A DNA stretch of 64,000 nt, taken from NCBI GenBank assembly GCA_002269645.1, contig NIVC01000873.1, positions 124,001-188,000 on the forward strand, in the 5' to 3' direction. Shown in pieces: positions 55,455 to 64,000 of the stretch. The stretch is from Macrostomum lignano. Lineage: Eukaryota. A model generated the notes under the pieces. That model was given only the letters and a program-made list of their open reading frames with translations, was not told the DNA's origin and ran no database searches. Position numbers and translations under genes: made by a program. Each line of letters starts with the position of its first letter. The stretch's first letter is position 1.

Positions 55455-56150
55455 TGGCGCTAGATAAACCAAGGATTATTGCACTTGATAAACCAAGGAT
55501 TACTGCGCTTGATAAATCAAGGACTACTGCACTTGATAAACCAATGATTACTGCGCTTGATAAACCAAATAATATTGCACCTGATAAACCAAGGATTATT
55601 GCACTTGATAAACCAAGGATTACTGCGCTTGATAAACCAAGGATTACTGCGCTTGATAAACCAAGGATTACTGCACTTGATAAACCAAGGACTACTGCAC
55701 TTGATAAACCAAGGGTTATTGCACTGGATAAACCAAGGATTACTGTAAGGATTTTTGCACTTGATAAACCAAGGATTATTGCACTTGATAAGCCAATGAT
55801 TATTGCACTTGATAAGCCAAAGATTACTGCGCTTGATAAAACAAAGATTTTTGCACTTGATAAGCCAAAGATTACTGCCCTTGATAAACCAAGGATTATT
55901 GCACTTGATAAGCCAAGGATTATTGCACTTGATAAGCCAAAGATTACTGCCCTTGATAAACCAAGGATTATTGCACTTGATAAGCCAAGGATTATTGCAC
56001 TTGATAAGCCAAAGATTATGCACTTGCTAATAAAGAATATTGCACTTGATAAGCCAAGGATTATCGCACTTTGATAACAAGGAATATACTGGTAGCACTT
56101 GATAAACCAAGGATTATTGCACTCGATAAACCAAGGATTATTGCACTAGA
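55455..56150. repeat. 24-bp minisatellite
   Basis: Unit GCACTTGATAAACCAAGGATTATT (ALDKPRII ORF), decaying to about 56340. Confidence 0.95.
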
Positions 56151-56329
56151 TTAGAAAGGGCTATTGCACTAGCTGAGACATCGATTTTTGGACTTGATGA
56201 GTAAAGTATTATTGCACTAGCTGAGAAGCTGATTATTGCGCTGTCTAAAAAAGAGATTATTGCGCTCACTGAGACGTGGATTGTTGCACAACCTGAGAAA
56301 GCGATTATTGCATTAGCGGAGGTAACATT

Positions 56330-56780
56330 TGCACTAGCTACTTGCTGTCTCGCGGATGCTTGCTATCTGGAGGATGCTTGCTCTCGAGGGGGATACTTGC
56401 TATTTGGGAGGGGGGTACTGGCTACATGTATGGGATTCCTTCTATCCAGGGAGGCTTGCTATTTAGGGATTCTTGCTATCTGCAGGATGCTTGCTATTTG
56501 GGTGGATGCTTCGATAATATCTGGGGGGTGTTCGCTATCTGCAGGATGCTTGCTATATGGGTGGATGCTTCGATAATATCTGGGGGGTGCTCGCTATCTG
56601 CAGGATGCTTGCTATCTGGGTGGATGCTTCTATCTGGGGGATGCTTGCTATCTGCAGATGCTTGCTATCTGGGGTGATGCTTGCTATGAGCATTAGAGGA
56701 TGCTTGCTATCTGCGGTTGTTTACTTTTGGAGGGGGTGCTTGCTGTCTTGGGAATATTTTCTATTTAGGGGAAGCAGCTA
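56330..56780. repeat. Degenerate GGATGCTTGCTATCTG-type repeat
   Basis: Recurrent GATGCTTGCTAT motif with G-rich spacers. Confidence 0.8.
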
Positions 56781-56782
56781 GT

Positions 56783-58570
56783 CACATGCAGCTATCATGT
56801 GACTTGGGTTGCCTCTCATTTCATGCAGCTATCATGTGACTTGGGTTGTCTCTCATTTCATGCAGCAATCATGTGACTTGGGTTGCCTCTCATTTCATGC
56901 AGCTATCATGTGACTTGGGTTGTCTCTCATTTCATGCAGCTATCATGTGACTTTGGTTGCCTCTCATTTCATGCAGCTATCATGTGACTTGGGTTGCCTC
57001 TCATTTCATGCAGCTATCATGTGACTTGGGTTGTCTCTCATTTCATGCAGCTATCATGTGACTTTGGTTGCCTCTCATTTCATGCAGCTATCATGTGACT
57101 TGGGTTGCCTCTCATTTCATGCAGCTATCATGTGACTTGGGTTGTCTCTCATTTCATGCAGCTATCATGTGACTTGGGTTGTCTCTCATTTCATGCAGCT
57201 ATCATGTGACTTTGGTTGCCTCTCATTTCATGCAGCTATCATGTGACTTGGGTTGTCTCTCATTTCATGCAGCTATCATGTGACTTGGGTTGTCTCTCAT
57301 TTCATGCAGCTATCATGTGACTTTGGTTGCCTCTCATTTCATGCAGCTATCATGTGACTTGGGTTGCCTCTCATTTCATGCAGCTATCATGTGACTTGGG
57401 TTGTCTCTCATTTCATGCAGCTATCATGTGACTTGGGTTGCCTCTCATTTCATGCAGCTATCATGTGACTTGGGTTGTCTCTCATTTCATGCAGCTATCA
57501 TGTGACTTGGGTTGCCTCTCATTTCATGCAGCTATCATGTGACTTGGGTTGTCTCTCATTTCATGCAGCTATCATGTGACTTGGGTTGCCTCTCATTTCA
57601 TGCAGCTATCATGTGACTTGGGTTGTCTCTCATTTCATGCAGCTATCATGTGACTTGGGTTGTCTCTCATTTCATGCAGCTATCATGTGACTTGGGTTGC
57701 CTCTCATTTCATGCAGCTATCATGTGACTTGGGTTGTCTCTCATTTCATGCAGCTATCATGTGACTTGGGTTGCCTCTCGTTTCATGCAGCTATCATGTG
57801 ACTTGAGGTGCCTCTCATTTCAGCTACAGACTGTGACTTGAGGTGCCTCTCATTGCAGCTAAAGACTGTGACTTGAGGTGCCTCTCATTGCAGCTAAAGA
57901 CTGTGACTTGAGGTGCCTCTTATTGCAGCTAAAGACTGTGACTTGAGGTGCCTCTCATTGCAGCTAAAGACTGTGACTTGAGGTGCCTCTCATTGCAGCT
58001 AAAGACTGTGACTTGAGGTGCCTCTCATTTCAGCTACAGACTGTGACTTGAGGTGCCTCTCATTGCAGCTAAAGACTGTGACTTGAGGTGCCTCTCATTG
58101 CAGCTAAAGACTGTGACTTGAGGTGCCTCTTATTGCAGCTAAAGACTGTGACTTGAGGTGCCTCTCATTGCAGCTAAAGACTGTGACTTGAGGTGCCTCT
58201 CATTGCAGCTAAAGACTGTGACTTGAGGTGCCTCTCATTTCAGCTACAGACTGTGACTTGAGGTGCCTCTCATTTCAGCTACAGACTGTGACTTGAGGTG
58301 CCTCTCATTGCAGCTAAAGACTGTGACTTGAGGTGCCTCTCATTGCAGCTAAAGACTGTGACTTGAGGTGCCTCTCATTTCAGCTACAGACTGTGACTTG
58401 AGGTGCCTCTCATTGCAGCTAAAGACTGTGACTTGAGGTGCCTCTTATTGCAGCTAAAGACTGTGACTTGAGGTGCCTCTCATTTCAGATAGACTGTGAT
58501 TTGAGGCGCCTCTCATTTCAACTACAGACTGTGACTTGAGGCGCCTCTCATTTCAGCCAGACTGTGATTT
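56783..58570. repeat. Compound minisatellite: 37-bp array switching to a related 35-bp array
   Basis: CATGCAGCTATCATGTGACTTGGGTTGCCTCTCATTT to about 57800, then CTGTGACTTGAGGTGCCTCTCATTGCAGCTAAAGA. Confidence 0.97.
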
Positions 58571-58779
58571 TGGCCTTTCTTTCAGCAACAGATCACACAA
58601 GACTACATGTGGGTTTTATTCCAAGAGCCAGAGTGAGTCCAGCGACAGTTCGATCTCAAATCATTTTGTCAGATTTGTTTATTTAGACTTCATCTCAATT
58701 CAAACAGCAAACGCACAGAGAAGCGTCAGTTCTCAGCAAAGCCTTACTCATCGCAAGCTACTCAAATTGGTTTGTCAAG

Positions 58780-59172
58780 TCACTTTCCACCGATCTTCCG
58801 CTGGCCCCTCATAATGGCCGACGCCCGACGCAGAGCCGCCAGTTCCAGGTCGCGCCGGTAGCGCCTCTGTCGCAGAATCTTCTTAATGGAGCCCAGCACG
58901 CCGCGCGGACCCCGGCGCTGCAGCGGCACCTGGGAGTGGCTGCGGGCGGGCCGGTTGGCCTGGCGCTGGTTGCGCAGCACGAGAACAACGCCAGACTTGC
59001 CGGCAGTCGGGGCCTCGATGCCAACAGTCCTGCGATGGATCAGGCCATTTGAATTGAAGCTGTTGCGGCATTTCAGATTGCCAGCCTCAGTTGAGAATGC
59101 TTTGCGGCCGCGTTTGACTAGGAAACAGCTGTTCCGCTTGATGAGCTCCCACTGCAGGTCTGCGCTGGCCAT
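58780..59172 (-). CDS. RPL28: 60S ribosomal protein L28 (eL28), intronless CDS, 130 aa
   Basis: MASADLQWELIKRNSCFLVKR...FSTEAGNLKCRNSFNSNGLIHRRTVGIE...YRRDLELAALRRASAIMRGQ; acceptor cttccccag 35 nt upstream; AATAAA on minus strand near 58680. Confidence 0.97.
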   Translation of the reverse strand: MASADLQWELIKRNSCFLVKRGRKAFSTEAGNLKCRNSFNSNGLIHRRTVGIEAPTAGKSGVVLVLRNQRQANRPARSHSQVPLQRRGPRGVLGSIKKILRQRRYRRDLELAALRRASAIMRGQRKIGGK

Positions 59173-60589
59173 GACTTGAATTTCACTTGCTTTGCTTATT
59201 CTTTCTCCTGGGGAAGAAAGCGGCCTAGACTTTCTTGCTGCAATTCAGGCAATAAGCAAAGTCTGGGGTTAAAACAACAATTAAAAGATAATGTTGAAAT
59301 TTTCAAGTTTTGAAACCAGAAAACACTGGTTCTTTTTAAAAGTATTTCAAGGCACAAAATGAAATGACCAAAAGTAGTCCTGAATCTGTAGAAAGACAAC
59401 TACTAATATGACTACTGCCTACTGATAGTCTAGATAACCCTCTTAGAATCAAAATGAAAAACTTTATACTATGCCTGGTATATTCTACAGATTTTTCCTA
59501 TTTGTTTTGTTCTATTTTTGTTCTATGCACTCCCTTACAATTTTTGGTACTTGGTTGATCAGTTTTGCAACATACCATACCTGCTTGGCTGCCCTATCAC
59601 CTAGTCATGCTATGTCAATGAGAGCACTATAGGCTATATATACAATATCCTTTTCTACTCTATTTTTCTCTCTATATATTTTTACAAGACTGAACTGAAC
59701 CAACTTGAGACTTGTACTTCAATTGTAATTTACAATTTTTTAAGTATAAATAGATTGCTTGTTGTGTTAACTTAGATGAAGAAATTAATTAGCACTAATG
59801 ATTCTATATGACAAGAACATTTTGGCAATATAAAACTATATTTTTGTTAGCATTGCTTTTCATTTTATCTATATGAGAATGATACACTATAATTTCCAAA
59901 TGACCAATTTATTATTGACATCGACAATAGGACATGAGTTATGGGCACCTGGGTTTTTTTGTCAAAATTATTATGCTATTTGGCATAACAGCATCAAAAT
60001 TGTTATGCCATTTCTAATTTTGACATGCCATTGGCATAAATAGAAAATAGCACTTTGTGAGGCCATATTTAGTTTTTCCTTTCAGATTCAGATAGGAATG
60101 ATAATAGCTTGCCAGTTTGGCAACTAGCAAGTATACACAATGTACAACATGACATGAGGACTTGAGCTTAAGGATGATTATAGTGACAAACAAGGTAATA
60201 TTTGAACAAATTTAAAAGCAAAATTGAAATTTGGAATTGGGGATTTAGCATTGGCAGTTTGGCAATGGCATAATGGCAAAATTGTTATGCCATTTTGGCA
60301 TAACAGTATCAAAATTATTATGCCATTTTTAATTTTGACATGTCATGGCAAGCCTGTGACACAAAAAAACCCAAATAAGCATAAAGCATAGGTGCTAGTG
60401 TCTATGTAGATACACATGGCTATATGATAGCATATTCAGTGAAGGTTTTGTGACTTGGTCAATGTGCATGCTAAAGGAGAAAAGGAGAAGGAGAAAAAGG
60501 AGAAAAGTATTTTAGCAAATTAATATCTTTGCAAGGCAGGCAACTACAATACAATTACATAAAAAAGAAAACAATTATAATTGTAAATT

Positions 60590-63500
60590 GTAAAGAGGAA
60601 AGAACTTTGCTCCCACTTTGGCCAACCCAATAGCAGCAGCCTTAACATCCTTAATGATGGCAGCTGTACCTGCATCAACCCGGCTACCAGAGGGAAATCT
60701 TCCCCCGATATTACTTTCGCTATGAGTGACCTCTCCTGCAAGGTGACCTGGTCCACGGGCCGAGTATCGGGTCTGATCATCTACCCATCTGGACCACATT
60801 ACTTCAGAAAGCCACTCCCTTCCAAAAAACTGGGAGGAGCTGGTACAATTTCAAGAAAGCTGACTGGGGCTCTTTTCGTCGCCATACTGACAAGTTCCTG
60901 GCTGAACTCCTAGCAAGTGACTAGCTCTCCATCGACAAGGCTCATTCTAACCTCATCGCCCTGATCACCTGGGCTGCTAGAGCCTCTATCCCTTATGGAA
61001 ATGGTAAACGCATCAGGCCTCCTTTCTGGAACGAGCGCTGCCAGGAGGCGGCCAACAACAGAGAAGTGGCCTGGCTGGTGGCTATGGCGAACCCCGAAAA
61101 TACTGATGCTGTCACAGCCCTTGCCAACGCCAAGGCTGCTGCTGCCAGTATCATTAGAGAGGAAAGGTGCCACCAATTCTACGACTCGGTTGCCTTGCTC
61201 GGGCCAGGTGATTTGCTGTGGAGACTCATCAAACAATATGATGGTTGCCTGCAATCTGCCCACCTGGCGGCTATCTTCCCCAAGCTAGCTACTAAGCAAT
61301 CTGTGACCAAAAAGGCTGTTACCAACCGCCAAAAAGCCGAGCCTTTCTGTGCTGATTACGCGACAGTCTCTAGGCTTAAAAAGAACAAGGATGTCAACAG
61401 ACCAATCATCATTGAAGCCTATGTTGCGACTAACACCTGTGATTGCTCCTGCGGGGATCTTAGGACGGATATCTGTGCTCCCTTCACCACTACTGAACTC
61501 AATGTGGCGACCCATCAGATCAAAAACGGGAAATTGCCTAGAGTCGATGGTATCAATAACAAACTGCTTAAGCAACTGAGCGATAAAGGGCGAGCTACCC
61601 TTCTTGAGCTTTTCAACTGTAGCTGGACCACTGGCGAGGTCCTTGCCACATGGCGATGTGCTGAGATTATTGCTATTCTCAAAAAAGAGAAAGATGCTAG
61701 CGTTACTAGCTCCTACAGACCCATCTCTCTGCTCAGCTGCGTTGGAAAACTGATGGAGCATATGGTCACGAACCGGCTGTATTTCTGGCTTGAGACCCGC
61801 AGCCTGCTAAACCACAATCAGACAGGTTTCCGTAAAGGACACTCTACCATGGACCAACTGATGCGCATCACCCAAGCTATTTTTGATGCCTTTGAGCAGA
61901 AGAAACCGGAGCGCGCCATCCTTATCCTGCTGGACTTCGCCAAAGCCTATAACCAGGTGTGGCGCCTGGCCTTATACACAAAAATGGCATGGCTTGGCAT
62001 CCCCAAGCATGTTATTCACTTCATCAAAAACCTCCTCTGCGACCGTCGCGCCTGTGTGCGCTGGGGGGGGGGGCTGCAACCTCCAACTGGAAAGTCTTCT
62101 CTGATGGCCTGCCCCAGGGGTCGGTCATTGCACCTCTGCTATGGCTTGTTTACGTCCATGACATTGACGACGGCATCAACAAGAGCATCCACCATTCACT
62201 TTTCACCAATGACACGGCACTTCTGGCAACGGGCCGGTCAATGAATGCCTGCGCTGCGAAGATCCAACCTGCGCTAGACCATGTCGTTACATGGACTAAC
62301 AAATGGAAGGTGACGCTGAGCCACTCTAAATGCATCTTCACCACTTTCACGCTGAACCACAGTGAATGCGACGGAAAGGTCCTTCTGACTCTGCGCATTG
62401 AGGGTCAGGAGCTTACATACAATCTGTCACCTACTTTCCTCAGTCTACACCTTGACGATCAATTGACTTTTGCTAACCATGTCAAGGCCATGTGCCAAAA
62501 AATGGCCAATAGGTGGCGCTGCCTACAAACCCTTGCTGGCAAGGTCTATGGCACTCATTGGACCACGCTGTGCACTGCCTACACGGCCTACATCAGGTCA
62601 GTGTTTGATTACGGAGCTGCCATCTACTTCAATCACGCCGCGCCCACTCTCAGGGACAAGCTGGAGGCTGAACAACATAAGTGCGCACACATCATCACCT
62701 GATGCCTCGGTGTCACGAATTGCCACTCTCTGCTTGCCAAAGCAGACCTTCCAGCACTGCACCTCTGTGCCAAACAGCTCCTCAGCAATGAATTTATCCG
62801 CATCATGAGCCTGCCCAATGATGACCCAGCGCGAGAGTTGCTGTCGATCGCGCCACCGCCACGCCTCCGCAGCAGGGCGAATGAAACCTGGCCCTCAATA
62901 AACGGCCCCAATAAACCTGTCGATATTCTGAGATGGGACGAAGACATTATCTTGAGCAACAAACCTTGTTTCTGCTGCATTGGACAGTGGCTGTGCGAGC
63001 TCGCTGGGTTCCACCTGGAGGATCTCATGCGCCCTGTCGAGCCCGCACTCCCGCCATGACACTGGCTGGATAAGCAGGTGACCATCGCGGTTGACCTGGT
63101 TGCCGCCACGTGCCGGAGTGACCCTCCCGACTTCTGCCGGGAGATTGCTGAGAGGACGCTGGGCCTCCTTCATCCGGCGGACGTGCTCATCTGGACCAAT
63201 GGATCCACCCGGCCAGATGGCACTGCATCTGGAGGAGGAGCTGTTATCACCTCGGACCTTTTGGGTATCCAGAAAGATGTCTATGTGCCGGCCGGTTGCT
63301 GGAACAGTAGCACCAGTGCGGAACTTGTTGCGATCGAAGCGGCCCTTGCCCACCTGGCTGAGCTTCTCCATAGTGGCGGCAGCCTGGCCATTACTGTCAG
63401 GCTATGCACAGATTCCTGTGCCAGCCTCCAAACGATCCTGTGCGGCCTGACTATTGCGGCAGACAATGTCACCTGATGCGTCTGGGCTAATATCGCTGCC

Positions 63501-63990
63501 CTGCCGAGTGGCTGCAAAATTCACCTACAATGGGTGCCAGGTCACGCTAACCTCCCTGGGAACAAAGCGGCTGATGAGCTGGCCAAGAGAGCTACAGAGG
63601 CTCAACAACAGCTGATTTCCATCACCCCTATTGCCGCTAGGACTGCCATCAATCATGTTATCCGAGGTTGGCATAAAACGCGAGACCATATGCACCCATT
63701 CCCAAGCTCGACGCCTGGCCACGACGATCTCCTGAGATGGGGCCAGGTCACACTTTGCCAGCTGAGAACGCGCAAATCCCCGCTCATGCGTGACACACTC
63801 CACCGATTTGGTCTCACTGCTAACGACCGATGCACTACCTGTGGAGAGTTGGACTCGGTTGAGCATCTGCTCCTAACCTGCCCAGGCTACCACCAGGCTC
63901 GCATCTGCACCTGGGGTGGTATCAGCATTGATTGGAATACCGTGCTAGGGGGCGAGGGCAGCCTCCTCTGTGATTAACTGCACAGGGTGG
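60590..63990 (+). mobile_element. Degenerate non-LTR retrotransposon ORF2 (APE remnant, RT, RNase H, CCHC), I-group-like, 5'-truncated
   Basis: LNILNDGSCT...SSPDITF (APE end); KLPRVDGINN, WRCAEIIAILKK, YRPISLLSCVGKLME, QTGFRKGHST, LDFAKAYNQV, GLPQGSVIAPLLW, FTNDTAL (YADD degenerate); RNase H WTNGS, SAELVAI, TDS, WVPGHANLPGNKAADELAK; CTTCGELDSVEHLLLTCP. Several frameshifts and stops. Confidence 0.95.
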
Positions 63991-64000
63991 GCCGCCAAGA

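Noticed and set aside
55454-56074. ATG-initiated ORF of ALDKPRII octapeptide repeats
   Set aside because: Translation of a 24-bp minisatellite; no unique domain or supported splice context. Not fully excluded without RNA data.
59880-60370. Complete hAT MITE (ends ...CATGGCAAGCCTG)
   Set aside because: Only one plausible terminus; internal repeats are mostly direct and no TSD is identifiable.

Overview
Eukaryotic (animal) genomic DNA, not prokaryotic. GC-rich CTG/CAG-biased exons sit among AT-rich spacers and very dense minisatellites. This resembles the flatworm Macrostomum lignano (inference, not verified); many ORF-track entries are translated tandem repeats. Genes assembled by hand with phase-consistent splice sites: 3' part of an unknown Cys-rich gene with a CaaX-like end (+, 303-1698); SVBP-like gene (-, 2421-4148); 12-exon C2CD2/TMEM24-like lipid-transfer gene (-, 5503-25939); TRIP4/ASC-1 (+, 32432-41120); POLR2E/RPB5 (+); NAT16/HISAT-like GNAT (+); alpha-kinase with one in-frame TAG (-); divergent Bcl-2-family gene (+); MCFD2 (+); RPL28 (-). 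Mobile DNA: two hAT MITEs with 8-bp TSDs, a mariner MITE, other TIR elements, three tRNA-headed CORE-type SINEs, and a decayed RNase H-bearing LINE at the right end. Most notable: (1) most introns and spacers carry their own private minisatellite, several built from CAG|GT splice-site-like units, one with an 820-bp/2.5-kb higher-order structure; (2) co-oriented, often CDS-intronless genes with an acceptor AG just before the ATG, suggesting SL trans-spliced operons; (3) a duplicated TRIP4 intron-exon junction that could yield a chimeric isoform; (4) a probable GC-AG intron beside interstitial TTAGGG repeats. No CRISPR array, rRNA or true tRNA gene is supported.
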